From Octopus bimaculoides (lineage: Eukaryota): a DNA stretch of 63,713 nucleotides. The notes under the pieces were generated by a model. The model searched no databases, was not told the DNA's origin, and saw only the letters and a program-made list of their open reading frames with translations. The stretch spans positions 80,359,630 through 80,423,342 of the forward strand of contig NC_068983.1 in assembly GCF_001194135.2 (NCBI RefSeq), in the 5' to 3' direction. The translations under genes were made by a program, and so were the position numbers. Below are positions 48,601 through 63,100 of the stretch, one piece after another; within the stretch, counting starts at the first letter, position 1, and the number at the start of each line of letters is the position of its first letter.

Positions 48601-50729
48601 GTTTCTCTTTCCATGAAATTCTGCAAAACTGCACAAACGTCTCTTTAAAACTTTCTAAATCAGAACTTTTGTGACCTTAAGCAACTTGATTTTGTATGAA
48701 TTAGATCTGGTGGTGTATGGAAACAGCTGATAAGCTCCTAAGTACTGTGCATATTTTCTTTTTATCTTCAAATCTTCTTATTGATCCTTGTAAAGTTGCC
48801 TGTTGTTTTCTCTATTTTATGGTAATATTTTTGAAAGTGAAAATATCAAATTTTGTTTTGTTCCATGTTTCTCTTTGTCTTCATCATTAATTTTTTTCAA
48901 TTTCTGATACAAAATGCAGATATTGTTTATTTTACTAAATAATCATAATACTTAATGAGAAACCTAATCAAATTAAAATATATTTAAGTGGCTTTAGTAA
49001 GTAACGATCATAAGTATTATTAGTAAGTGACCTCAAAATATTTTGCCTTCCATATTATTTCAAAATATATAATTAAAAGAAGAAATTTGAAGAAAGTTTT
49101 TGCTTAGAACTTCAAATATCTTCTTGTACATTTTAAAACATTTTACATATATTACTTTTCAGCATTTATTGATTCTTCTCTCTCAGAAGTTATATTTACT
49201 GATTCTCCCAAATATTTTTATATGTTAGTGTTCTAAATTCTTGGAATAGTTGGTGTTAGTATATAGTGTTTTGCTAATTATGATGTGATTCAATCCAATC
49301 ACATATAACTTTTCTTTCTACTACTTTTGATTCTTGATATTTTAACTTGTCTTAGACCTTATATTTGATCATGTAAACTGAATGTCAAATGATATTTTTT
49401 GTTCATTGATCAGAAGAAATATAATTGGACCATAATTATGAAATATCCTGTTTTATTAGATTTCGAAATGTTTTAAATTTCTTATGGGCTGATTTAGATT
49501 AATAGTATGGAAAGTAGGTAACTGGATTAAGAAAAAAGAAAAAAGTTGGTTTCACATTTTTGTGTAGCATTTTGGTTATTAATTTTGTTTATTATTTTTA
49601 AATTGAATACATTTCATCTCAGAATTAAAAACATTAGAAAACAGAAATAAATATGGTTCATATTGATGAATCAATTTCAAGCAGAAGAGACTTTTCTGTA
49701 AATACATTTAAATTTTAAAAACTGATTATGTATATGATTTTTTTTTATCTGTAAAAATAATTTAATCTTTTAGAATTAATCAAAATCATTTTTAAAGATT
49801 TGTCATTAAAAGTTCAGACCTAACTTCAATAGATACTATTTTCATTTTTTGGTTGGTTTTGAAGAATTTTATTCTGTACATTTAGATTTGCAAATGGTTA
49901 TCTTTGATATTTGATAATATAACAAATTTAGTATGAAAAGTTTTTATCAATGATATTGACTATTCAATTTTTCTATGTTTGATTTATTGAATTAAATGAA
50001 ATTAGTCAAAAGGTAAAAATATTTGATCCTAAATTGTGCATTAATAGTTATGAAATATGAATCTAGATATTGGATAATTGCATATAGTGCAAATTCAATA
50101 AACTTAATCCCCCAAAAGATTTTTAGATGACAAAAACAATATTGATAATTTTATGATCATTTTTATACTTTTTTTTTATAAACTATCAATTACTTTTTAT
50201 AAGCTATCAAATATATACCGTATAGTCATTTGTGTGTTTCTCATCTCGCTTTTATGTATGACTATCCATCAAGTGGATGCTGGTGTATGACTTCTTTTAA
50301 TGTAGGGAGATAGGTACACAGAATGAGAGTATATTCTTAAAATACAGAGATCTAAGTTTAACAGTAGGAGTTCTATAATGATCAGAAATTCTGTCAGCTG
50401 TAAATGTAACTATAAGAATGCATATAAATCTCAGAATGTAAAAATGTAAATAAATATGTGAAAATCATAATGGTAAAGTCTCACTCCACTTAGGTTGGGT
50501 GTCAAAAGAGAAGGATCTAACTTTTATAGATTCCATCACACTGTTTAATTTGACAATTAATATTTTAGTGTACAAATTCTGCCGAGGTCAACTTTGTCTT
50601 TCATCCTTTTGGGGGTCAATGAATTAAGACCCAGTTTCCTACTGGGGTCGATCTAATCAACTGGCTCCCTCCCACAAAATTTTGGGCCTTGTGCCTAGAG
50701 CAGAATAGAATATTTTAGTGTACAATTAT

Positions 50730-51310
50730 CATCATCAAGATCCCTTAACTGATGCAGCCAGTCATTGGGGCACATTTCCATTGATCTTTGTTCTCTGCCA
50801 TACATAGCAGGGTTGCAGTGTTGCAACTTATCTAGTCCTTGATGTTGACAGACTAGAATTTCTTGTCTGCCTCACCTTTGGCCTCCCTCAACTGTGTCCT
50901 GAAGGATGGTTTTGGACAAGCAGTTGTAGCAGTATATGTAACTATACCAGGCAAGCTTTCATCCTTTTACCTGCATGCAGAGTGGCTCCTGTCTGCCAGC
51001 GTGTTTTTTGACTTGCTGTCTGTCAAAGCTGTTTGTTTTATGTTTTGTGTATAGGATGCGTAATAACCTTCTGAAGCATTTTTGCTTCATGTCAGATGTA
51101 AGAATCTAGCTCTCATACCCATACAGAAGGATCAAAGTCACTAGAAACTTGTACACTTTGAGTCTCCTTGGAAAAGTAATGGAGTTGCTTTTCGATATGG
51201 TTTTCAACTTTATCATGGCAGCCAACGCCAAACAGAGTCTTGTTGTTATCTCTCTTTTTTTTTAGATTTGCTGTCCTTGGTTAGAGTGGATCTTAAGCAC
51301 TTGAAGGTAA
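50730..51310 (-). mobile_element. Old RTE-like LINE ORF2 3' fragment
   Basis: The minus strand gives KVYKFLVTLILLYGYES*ILTSD...FRRLLRILY, the RTE LLYGCESW motif region. Confidence 0.6.
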
Positions 51311-54300
51311 CAATATAGAATTAAAATTCTGTAAGAATCCAATATACATTACTATTACATCACTTAAACCAAGCATTGTTTTATTTTCATTTGATTTAAT
51401 TTTTTTAAGGCAATATATGCTATCAAATTCAATTTCAATGCACTAACCTTGTTTCAAGTTGTGGGTGTTTTGGATATTTAAAAGAATAATATCAAATTTA
51501 AAGTAGTAGTAACACCACAGACTGTTTATTATGTTGACACATGTGAATCAGTTAGTATTACAGATGATATCATTTTGATATTGATATTTTTGCTACTAGT
51601 ATTGTTTACTGTCACTGTACAATATATATAGTTTAACTAAAGTCCAGAACTGGAAAAAAAATTCCTTTTTCTTTATACTCAGCTTACATAAATTTACTTC
51701 AGTGCTGAAATATTTTTGTTTAGCCTTAAATCAACTCCAAATGAGGCAACCTGTGATTAAAAGTATTTCTGCTGTGAACATTTTGTTTTTTACAAGGCAG
51801 AATAAATCAAGTACCACACTATCCAAGTATCCTTCCAGTTTAAGATGGTAGGGTATGATTTGAGGAAAAGTGGACTGTTATTTCTAGCAGGTGAACCATT
51901 TGCATACATGCTTGCTTATTGGGTTAAAGAACATTCTATTTGTTTTTTGAAATGTTACTAATTTTCTGAAACCACATTGCACACTGTGGCTAGTCAGGAT
52001 TCATTAAGGTCACAAATAGAGAAAGCAGAAAAAGTAACAAATGATAGCATATCTTACATATACACATTTATACTTTTATATATGATTTCCATATATTAGG
52101 CTCAATTTATTGAATAATTTTATGGAGAATTTTGTGTTGCTTTAATAATTTATTTAAATAATATATGTTATGCTCTTCATATTCTTTTCAAATATATATT
52201 TTCATTTAATCAACAATACTAGAAATTTTTCTGAGAAGTAGAATATATTTGCTTTTATTAAATAACCTATCCATTTTTCCATTAAAATTGTGCTAACTAT
52301 TGAAATAGGGAGATAATTATTTTTACTGAAAAATCAGAAAAGTAACAAAATAATGGATATATTATAACATTTTGTATTCCTTCACATTCAAATAATAAAC
52401 TAGTACTAAATTATCAAAAACAAAACAAAAATATGGTGTAAATCTTACAACATGCTAATGCAATTAGAATTGAAAACAAGTCAGTTTGAACAGTTCCCAA
52501 ATTTATATAGATATCTTTATTGAAAAAATGTTTTTAAAAACTTGCTGAAATATATCAATTTATATTTCCATTGTTTGAAAATATGGATTTTTAAAATAAA
52601 TTATTGCTATTTAGAAATTCATTTGAAATTTGATTTCACTCTAAAAGGAAACACTGTTTATAATAAATTTATTGCAATAGCTTTTAACTATGAAAGATCA
52701 ATTGTCCCAGAATGTTTTTAAATACATTACAAATATTGTTTTGAAGTTTTTTTAGGTAGTTTTTCATGCAATTTTCATTGCTTGATTTCAAAATATCTCC
52801 TGATTTGATTAGTTTGACTTCTTGCCTGTTATTCAATTGTTAAAGCAGAAAAACTTAGCTAATTTTAAATAAGCTATAATGATTAGTGGATAAAGGTGTA
52901 TCATTTATTACACTATCATCTTATGTAACACATTTTGCACTCATATATATGTAAGTATGTGTTTTTGTGTGTACTACCTTAAACTGGTATTCATGTGTGT
53001 CTATTTAAGACGCAATGCTATGTAGAAGTGTACTCATACTGTAAGGTACATATCTTAATTTTTTAGTTTGATCTCCAAATGTATGAGTATTAGGAGTATT
53101 TCCTATATGCTGAGCATATAGGAAATTCCTGATATCTCTATTGATGTTGGCTAGCCACTGTTCTGCTATAGCCTAATCTCAATCTGTTTGCATATGTATA
53201 CTGCTTTCTGGTTATATGACAGAAACTGGGTGGTGGCGGTTCTCATCACTGTGTGTGTGCCTTCCATTCATTTCTTCAAGGCTCCTCAATGATGAAGTTT
53301 CCATTGACTGGTTTATAGTAAATATTCCTCTTTTAGCTGCTATTTTGTACTGGCTATTGTATCTCAGTGACTGAAGTTGGAGTCAAGATTCAATCAAGCT
53401 AAAAGAGTAGAAGGAAAGTGGTAAAACTAAGACTAACCCAAACTCAGTGATCAAACAAAGACGTTTGTTCTGCTTGCAGAACATTTCCAAAGAATCAACA
53501 TCAGAGTGAAGCAGATGATGCTACCACATGGATTTCATGTACGTCTATGAAGGAAAGACTGAAACTAAGGGAAAAGGAAATAAACTTTAGATAATGGAAA
53601 AAAATTAATTTCCAGATTATTAGTAGTTGTAGTAGCAACAGTTGCAGGTCTCTTAAATTATACAAGTTCAATTATATTAAGATTTAACAAGAAAATTATT
53701 TAGAATCTGATGAAAATAGTAAGAATTTCTCTCAGATTCCTATAGCACAAGTTATCTAGTGTACACTAGTATCTTATCTAATTTTGTTTTATCCACTTAA
53801 TATGAGCATTATGACTTTTAAAAAGACTGCTTTCTTTTAATATTGTATGTGAGCTTGAAAGTCAATAAATGTATGAAAATTCACAAAATTTGTGTAAAAG
53901 AAAGTAAAATTGGTTTTCATATATTGTATTCAAATAATTAAAATACACAAAATGTACTTGTAAATTTAGGTAACAAAAATATAGGTTACAATTTGACATC
54001 TTAAATAACAAAGATATAGGTAACATTTTGAAATTAAATAAGAAGCATTATGAGACCTTGAAGAGGATAATTTCACTTTCATATGGGAAGTAAAGCATAA
54101 AAAGAACAGTATTCTGATTCAAAAAAGTAATTTGGATGTACATTTCCATTAAATATTTATAAATTCAAACATATTACCTATAATTTATTATTTTACTTCT
54201 AACCAAATATCTAAATATCGTGTGATCTTTAATTGCAAACTGATTAAGGCAATTTGATAATCATTTTGAAAAAAATTCCTAATGTAATATTCTCAATATT

Positions 54301-55493
54301 TATTTTAATGTAACTAAATTCTCAACATTACAAAGGTTACAACCTAGAAGCTAAGATACTACTTCGGGGCCAGAATCTCTTTTGATATTTTGGAGTTTCT
54401 TACTCTGTTTTCTGTCAATTATCCAGTTTTTATTAAAGATTTATATTTTAAGGATAATACAGCTTTTTCGAATAAAGCATAAGATAAATTGAATAATGAA
54501 GCCATTATATGATGAGAGAAATAATTACAAACAAGCTTTTGAATTGTTCACTGTTGAATTTTTCATTTGTCAAATAGCTTTATTGTTCCGATGAAGGCTG
54601 TTGTAAAATGGCTGAAATCAGTACAGTCATGCTTTTCATGACAAAAGCTATTCTTAGCACCCAGAATGAACAATAATTTTCTATAAAACAATAAGAGCTA
54701 TTGAAAAGAAAAATTATATATATAAAAAAATTGTTTTAGAACATAATGATAAGTGACTGAAATATAGAAGTGAGAATACACTTTCTCTTGTTACATTGAA
54801 TAGTAATACTTTTCTACTATTTTGGTTTGCTCACATTTAACAACCTCACTCAGATTGTTATTCATGGTTATTTTTTAAAATTCTGTTTTATATATTATGG
54901 CTGATAATGTAGTGTATTTGTAACCTGCTCATTTGTTGTATTATATATTATGAAAAAGAATGTTAATGCTAAAGAATTAATTTTTTTAATGCGATGAGAT
55001 AATTTAAATGTTTTCTGATATATATGGAATAAATGTTATTATTAGTATTATGTTATTCTTTTTTATTATCTATGAAATAATTGTATGCAAAGTTAAAATG
55101 AGATATTTCATTAGTAAAATTGAAGTTTATATTTTTGACATCATAGTTATGTTTCCGAAAACATTTTAATATGAAAATAAATATGGATAGGTTTATTATC
55201 TGGTTACATTACCTTTAGGCTATTTTCTTTCTGTGAATTAGATTTATTTTGCCTCATTTCATGGGAGTAATATTTCTCTTGTTAAAAATATTGATTTATT
55301 ACAATGGCACGAAGTTACAAATTTGTTAGGAAACAGGTAAAGTTTATTGAATCTAGATATTACTGGTAGTTATTTTATTAACCCCCATAGGGATAAAGAC
55401 AATGTTAAAACTGCAGGATTTGAACTTTGAACATAACATGACAAAATTATCCTGTTCAAGACATTTAGCCTGAAACTACTTATTCTGAATTAA

Positions 55494-55715
55494 CCCTTTA
55501 GCATCTAAACTGGCTTTATATCTGGCCCAAATGTTCTATTCATTCTATATTCAAACTGACCACATCCAGCCTCTCACACCTATTCTACCATGTCGCTCTG
55601 AAAATAAATAATCACATCTTCAAAATTTCAAAGCTACAAGATAATGCATGATTAATTCAAAGCAATGTGAATAAATAGGCATTACATTTGACAGAGTAAT
55701 CTGAATGCTAAAGAA
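55494..55715. mobile_element. piggyBac-type MITE, 222 bp
   Basis: TTAA at 55490-55493 and 55716-55719; TIR ccctttagcat / atgctaaagaa with 2 terminal mismatches. Confidence 0.75.
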
Positions 55716-57774
55716 TTAAACTACCCCTGTTTTTTTATTTTTAAGAAAGCATTTGGAAATTGATACCTATTTAAATTTAATATATTATGGTGTTAAATCA
55801 TTATGATATCTGCTCCACATGTTTTAACTTTTTGAAGCAAATGGAAAAAATAACTTTATTATTTATAAGTATTTGTACACAACCTACCATGTATTAGGAA
55901 CCTAAGATCAATTTAAAGTAGTTACACTACAGTTTTTAAAGCCTTGCTTTTAAGTTTCACAGAAAGGCTTTTGTAGTTTAACTACTTAAATTTATCTTAG
56001 GTTTGTAACTTTAATATGTTTTACTGAAACAAAATTTACACGATATACTTAAACTTATGACTTTGGTTTTGTCTATTTTATAAATATTGATTTAATGAAA
56101 TAATAGGTTTGGTGAAAATGCTAAATCTTTCTTTCCAAAGTTTAAAATACGCAGACAATTTATGAAACATAAGTGTTTTATGCCCTAGACATACTTTATG
56201 TAGTTTGAAATTAAAAGTATATGATAAAATTATCAAGATATCTGCTAGTGCCCTCTATGTATGAAATAAAATTATTCAAAATTGAAAAAAAATTAAGTTA
56301 ATTAAGGTAGATTTTCTTTTTATGCTGGAAGTAGTAAAAATATCATTTACAATCAATAATATTACAAATAATGATCAGTGACAAAACAAAATTATCCTTT
56401 GATGTAATTAAATAGTGTACACATTACTTGATAATAAGAGTGACTGTCTGTGTTCTGAGAAATTTATATTGGCCTGTAATTTAGTTAATTTTCCAAATTT
56501 GATTCAAATGTGTAAATTAGCATTAAAACAATAAACTTTTTCTTAGGCTTGTAATATTGAAGTATGCAAATAAAATAGGCATACATACATACATATATGC
56601 ATGTTTGCTTACATATTCTATAGTTTCAAGAGATTACAGAAATTATGATGATATATAAGTTATAACAATCTATTATTTCAAGCAACCTGAGAGTAATAGT
56701 CTTCCAACAATAATTCTTCCTTTTCCACACAAGATTTAATGAGGAACTATATACAAAATAGAGATTTGAGGATTGTGAAAGATTCAGTTTTCGCACCATC
56801 AGTATCAATATGGTATGAATGTAAGAGGCAAGAGTTGTGAACATTGAAATTGACAAGTATGATGATGATAAGGTGAAATGGATAGCAAAAAGAGATTTAG
56901 TCAAAGACTTATTGATAGTAGTTGAAAGACAATTTGTGTGTCACTTACAGTCCTTGCCCTTATTTATACCCTCGATGTCAGCAAAGCATTCACCTTTGTC
57001 TGGCATACAAATCTGCAAAAACTACCCTCTTATAGGCTTCATATGTCTCTCATCTTTTGGATCAGTGGTTTTCTCTTCTTTTCACACCTACTATGTCCAG
57101 CCTAAGCCTCATGTTAATCACTTCATCCAGTCCTTCCTCCTCAGAATGTTAGCCTCTTAAATTCCATCCCTGTTTCTCCTGTAGCTGTCAGTTTGTGTCT
57201 ATTCAAAAGTAATGTTAACTGCTTTGATCTAACTTCCTTGAATATGCCTGAGAAAGCCATATTTGTAACTCTTTCCTCCATAATGGCAAATAAAGAGTTC
57301 TACGGGTGAATACTTTTTCTAGTGAAATATTTACCTAAAGCTGTTGGTCAACACAGGTTGAGAGCAGTAGTAGTGGAATGACCACTGGTCAAAAAGTTTC
57401 TTCAGTGCATCATTTAAAATTGTGTACTGTTACAGATGCAAAATGCTTTACTTATTTTTTTCATCGTGTTTACCAAATATGGAATGTTATTTTTTTCCAA
57501 CAAAGGGCAAAGCTCCATAGTTCACAGATGTCTATAGAATAATGAAGTTTAGCAGATGAGTTTTGCCGAAGGAAATTTAATTAAAAGAATAATTTTGGTC
57601 ACAAATTAAAGCTTTGTTCTTGTTTTGAATACATAAAGAGAACTAATTTATTCGAAAGATAGTGTCTCTCTGGTGAAAATCTTATAGCTACTATGTTTTC
57701 TTTACTTTTAGATTTTCTTCTTTTTAAATAACTCGTGTATTTTTTTTGTGTGTGTATGTGTGTGTTTAAATGTT

Positions 57775-57824
<50 letters not shown>

Positions 57825-58173
57825 TACACTTATACACATATCTATATATTAATTCATTTGAAAAGATAAATAATGAGAAGAATTTAAATTATAAAGCACA
57901 GAAGAATAACATGTTGAGTTGAAATTTAAGCTCTACAAAGATAAAACTAATGAGGGATAAATTCTGAAATGAATATATATANNNNNNNNNNNNNNNNNNN
58001 NNNNNNNNNNNNNNNNNNNNNNNNNNNNNNNNNNNNNNNNNNNNNNNNNNNNNNNNNNNNNNNNNNNNNNNNNNNNNNNNNNNNNNNNNNNNNNNNNNNN
58101 NNNNNNNNNNNNNNNNNNNNNNNNNNNNNNNNNNNNNNNNNNNNNNNNNNNNNNNNNNNNNNNNNTATATATA

Positions 58174-59053
58174 AGGGTTTGGTGAATAAACTGCCTACAT
58201 GTCTAAATTACACAAAAATGAAAACACTGACATCTCATTTTAACAGATATATTCATCAAAATTACATTAAAATATCTTGAAATACTAAAGAGTAAATTTA
58301 TTTAATAAAATCACCATTGGCTTCAATCATGGCCTCCAGACGACTTTGGAATCTACTGCAACTCTTCTGGATGGTCTCCTCACTTAAGGCGATGAATGCT
58401 GCCATAAACCTTGTCTCCAGTTCATCTTTGGTGTTACAAGGATTTTATTAATTTCTCGCTCAACTGCACCCCACACATAATAATCAAGGTGGTTACAGTC
58501 TGGGGAATTATGTGGTCAGATGTTAGGGGTGATGTGGTTGCAGAAATTGTCTGACAGCTATGATTGGGTTCTCCTGTTTGTGTGGCATGGTGCAGAATCC
58601 TGTTGCCAGACATAGGGTCTTCCTGCAGCCACCCTCTTGACAACAGGGCAGCACTACCTCCTCCAGGCACTTGATGCAGGCCTTCGTGTTGAGTCTGAGG
58701 CTATGTGGGAAGATGAATGGAGGCATAACGTCACCGTCACTAGTGATCATTTCAGACACCATGATGTTAACTGGATGTTTGATTTTTATTACTCTCAGTG
58801 CATGTCCTCAGACTGCACTGTTCTCAGATTGACACCAAAACACTTTGAAATGTTTGTATTGGAGCTTCCGGCGTGAATGCCAGTATGTCATTTCCAAATT
58901 TCTGGCAGAGTGAATTGTGTCATGGTGCTGCTTTTCTTACAGATGGTGCCCAACTGACCCTACCATACTGTGTAGTTGACAAAATCAAAAACAACAATGA
59001 ACATGCACGAAATTAAAAATATAAAATGGCGACAATTTACCCATCGCACCCTG
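58174..59053 (-). mobile_element. Second DD37D (maT) transposon relic, internally deleted
   Basis: The end reads TA+CAGGGTGCGATGGGTAAATTG on the minus strand, with a decayed counterpart at 58174. GRPYVWQQDSAPCH...NSPDCNHLDYYVW has 37 residues between the Ds; both W codons are mutated to stops. Confidence 0.85.
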
Positions 59054-59239
59054 TATATATATATATATNNNNNNNNNNNNNNNNNNNNNNNNNNNNNNNN
59101 NNNNNNNNNNNNNNNNNNNNNNNNNNNNNNNNNNTATATATACATACATAGCAATGTTTGTGGCTGAAGATAGCTTTAAACCATCCTTTATATCAACAAT
59201 ATATACTGATGTAATGACAGATTGTGTATAAAGCTTGAA

Positions 59240-60137
59240 ACATGTGTACCGCGATATCCTTTGTGTTCTGTTTTCAATTTATGTTTGATATATACATTTC
59301 ATGCAGTTGGTTGATGTATACATCCACTGTAATTGACTTACCAGGTCTCATGAAGCTGTAGTGGATGACACTAGTGCTGGACCACCAAACAGACGCCATT
59401 AGTTCTTTTTGGTGAATGTTCTATTTTGGATTGTGTTTTCGCACTTCATCTCTACCCAACTACCATGCAGAATGCTTGCTATTGTTGAAAAGAATCCATT
59501 TTTCATCATACATAACAATACGATGCAAAAATGGTTTGCTTTTATGCCATGACAGCAAAGAACAAGTTTCAAGATGATGTGTCATTTGATGCTTGTTCAG
59601 TTCGTGTGGTACCCACTTGTCCAGCTTCTTTACCTTGCTGATTTGTTTCAGATGGTCCAATACATTTGGAATCAAAACATCAAACCTTGCTACTAACTCA
59701 CGCATAGTTTGAGATGTATCCACTTCCACTAGTTTCCACCTCATCATTATCCACCTTGGTCTCAGGTTTACCACGGGACTGATTGTTAAGAGTAAAGTCA
59801 CCCGACTGGAACTTCTCAAATCATTGAAGTACAGTGTGCTTATTTGTCACTTCTTCACCAAACACCTCATTGATGATAATAGCTGTCTGGGATGCATTGG
59901 TTCCATGATGGAACTCATATTCATAAACAACCTGAATTTTTTATTTATCCATGGGTTCACAAAAATTGATTTACAAAAGAAAGCTCACAAAATGGTCAGA
60001 CACCATGAATTGCAGTTCAAAAAGTGATGTAACTCTTCAATGTTGTAAAACAAAGAATTGTCAGATAAAACATTAGAGTTAACAACTGTCAAACTTAGTG
60101 CATAAGAATGTCAGACATTTCACTCTTAATGACCTGA
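59240..60137 (-). mobile_element. mariner (DD34D-type) transposon relic
   Basis: KVKKLDKWVPHEL and FLHRIVMYDEKWILFNN motifs; TA+TCAGGTC terminus in a (TA)n run. Its 5' region (59997-60064) recurs at 10941-11012. Confidence 0.88.
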
Positions 60138-63100
60138 TATATATATATATATAATTAGAGAGGAAAATGAATCCTATGCCTTAGGTTTCACTATTTCTGG
60201 GAGCATATCATATGCCACTCATCAGATATCACACTGCAGTTTATTAATTAAGGGAAAAGGTACTAGTAAATAAAGGATATATCATTTTGAGAAGTATATC
60301 TTAAGATTATGATTTCCCATTACTAATGTTAGAATAATATTTACAATGATTCTGACAATGCCAACATGGTTAGTTATATGAAACTTGATCTAGATTTAGT
60401 TGAAATTCCTCTTGGCTGCTAGCATTTTAAATTTCTTAATCAATGTTAAAAACTCTATTATATCATCATTCTTTATTTTGGAATTTAAAATAATATATTG
60501 TTTTAAAAGAAGTATTTTATCCTAAATTAGAATATCTGCCATCCCATATTAAGATGTCATTTATTTGAGGGTTTGTTTGGATGTGTTGCAGAAATTTGTG
60601 AAGACACGGTGTATAGCATAATAGAATGATTTGATAGCAGATTATTCATTCTTCTTATAGAATGCTGGTATTATTACAGGATATCATTAATGAGTGGACA
60701 TGTTTTTTCCTGAAAGCAGATACACTCTATCCTGTTGCCACCAACTCCCACCTTTTTTTATTTAGTTTCTTTTTAGCTCATGATTTCTTAATTTATTATT
60801 AGTGAATATTTTTTTTATTAATTTCAACTACCAAATCTTGAGATGCTTGTAAAAAGTTTGTTAGTTTTATCTTAAAAACCATTTGTTATTGTTGTATAAT
60901 GAATGCAGTTGTAGCTGTGTAGTTAAAGAGTTCACTTTGCAACTATGTGGTTCCAGGTTTAGACAACTGCCTTCTACTATAGTTTCTGAGTGACCAATAT
61001 CTTGTGAGTAGAATTTCATAGATGAAATCTGTGAAGAAGATCCTTGTATGTGTTTATGTGTGTGTATCTTTTTCTGATTTATATTGATATAGAATATAAA
61101 TATTAGCGTGAAAACTTAGAAAATCCCTCCAAAACTGCTTTACAAACAAAGTCCTTCACACTGAGTTTCTTGTTACTCTTGCAATAAAAAATTGATGTGA
61201 ACCAGTGATTAGTTCATTTGAAAAGTGTAGCTGATGATGCATTTGTTAAAAAAATATAATATAAAATATATCTAAAAAATATTGATAATATCAATCTTGA
61301 GTGATATTCATGAAAGAGAAAAATAATTTTAGTAAGCTAATTACTATTCTCTCTCCCCAACTTCATTTTAATGCTCAATCCAACCTGCTTATATGTTAAT
61401 TTGACATACATTTAATCTAAGATTCCCTTCTTTACAATAGCATTTATATTAACACATTTTGTATAATTAATTCTCAACTACTCAGTTCTTTTACCTACTA
61501 AACTATCAATTTGATACAATTGACAATTGACATTAACAAGATATCAAGAATATATTTCCTTAGATATATTTAATATATTTTTATTCAATTCTTAATATTT
61601 TTTAGGGAGTAAACTTTATTCTAATCATCACGAACTCAAATTCTTTCAAATTACTCACCAATATAAGACCCTGTCAATAAAATTTCCAGCTATCATCATC
61701 AAATAAGTGATTGATAGTTACCTAAGGTTATGAAATCTGAAGAAATAACATTCTCTCTTAAGAAATATATTGGACAGATGTGCTACCTCAACATATCAAT
61801 TGAAATCACTTATACTCTGTTTTACAGATCACATAATGAACTTAAATTCCATAATCTTGACCAGATTAAAATTCTTGATAGTTATGTTGTCAAATTGAGA
61901 ATGAGTTATTTTAAATTTCTGTTTACTACTCTCTGAAAAATGAAGAAAGAAGAAAAACTACAAAATAGTTATATTTGCACAGTGTAAAGTTACTCTTAAT
62001 ATAGCCTTTTTAATGGTTTGGTCTGGAGGAAGGGGTTGTGCCCATGGCCTTCATGGGCCTTCCAAGACTGGTGGGATTGACATAGTTGATGTTCCTCTTC
62101 AGTAGTGGAAGCTGATGGCTGAAAAGGTAAAAGAAAAAAAAAACATATTTCCTGATGGATGACATTCTGAGAACAAAGGGCTTGGTAGAAGGTTGGTGTA
62201 CATCTGTGTGTAAGAGGTAACAATAGGGATGATAAAAAGAGAAAAGGAAAAGTGAGCCAGGTGGGCCTGGAGTGGAGATTGCAAAAGACCAACAAGTTCC
62301 ATGGGAGAAAGCCACTGAAATATTAATAAAAAGACAATGAGGTCAGTGAGGAAACAACATGTCAGCAGGTCCATGCTGAAGTGTGTTGAAGAGCAGCTTC
62401 ATATCAATCAATCAGGTGGAAGTTTTTGAAATGCATTCTAGAATGTCTCTGTGTGTAGTTGCAGTAACATCCCAAATATGAAAACAGTATTCAGTTGTAG
62501 ATTTCACCTGAACTTTGTATAAGACTAGTAATTGTTGGGAGCTGAAGTATCATTTGATCCTAAAGAAGGTTGCCATCCTTTTGATAATTAGACTGGCAGC
62601 TATATAATAGGGGTATGTCAAAATTTCAGAATCTCTATTTTCATACAATCTTCCTTGATTGACCTCTTCCAATTCTCTCATATCTAGTTTCAAACACTGC
62701 TATAGTATCAATTATCAAACTCTTGTAAGATTTCTATTAAAAGTAAACTATACTGTTTTGATTATTTTGCTGCAGAAAAAAGTTTCAAACTGTATTACAC
62801 TTGTACCAAGACTTCTGTCCAAATTTAGAAAGCTCTCTTGCACTAGAATGAAATGTATTTCTCTAGGAGCAAAAAAGAAAAAATAAATGAAAGAAATCCA
62901 TATCAAGAGGAAGATGCAATAGTTCAAAGGAGAAGAAATAGCTAATCAGAAATGAAAATAAATAGATTGTAAGCTAACAAAAAAATAGATAGAAAAATAA
63001 TGATAATGGAGATAAGACACTGGAATATTACAAAGTAATTTTAAAAAAATAAACCAACTCAAACTGTTAAATATCCTTTGAAATCTAAATCACTTTTATA

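Noticed and set aside
53440-53570. DVCSACRTF…WISCTS, resembling half of a PHD finger
   Set aside because: The second half of the ligands is absent, it is bounded by stops, and no transposase context was seen.
56820-57240. Purine/pyrimidine-skewed segments that may be old LINE RT (also 62000-62400)
   Set aside because: No diagnostic motif could be read; too decayed to call.
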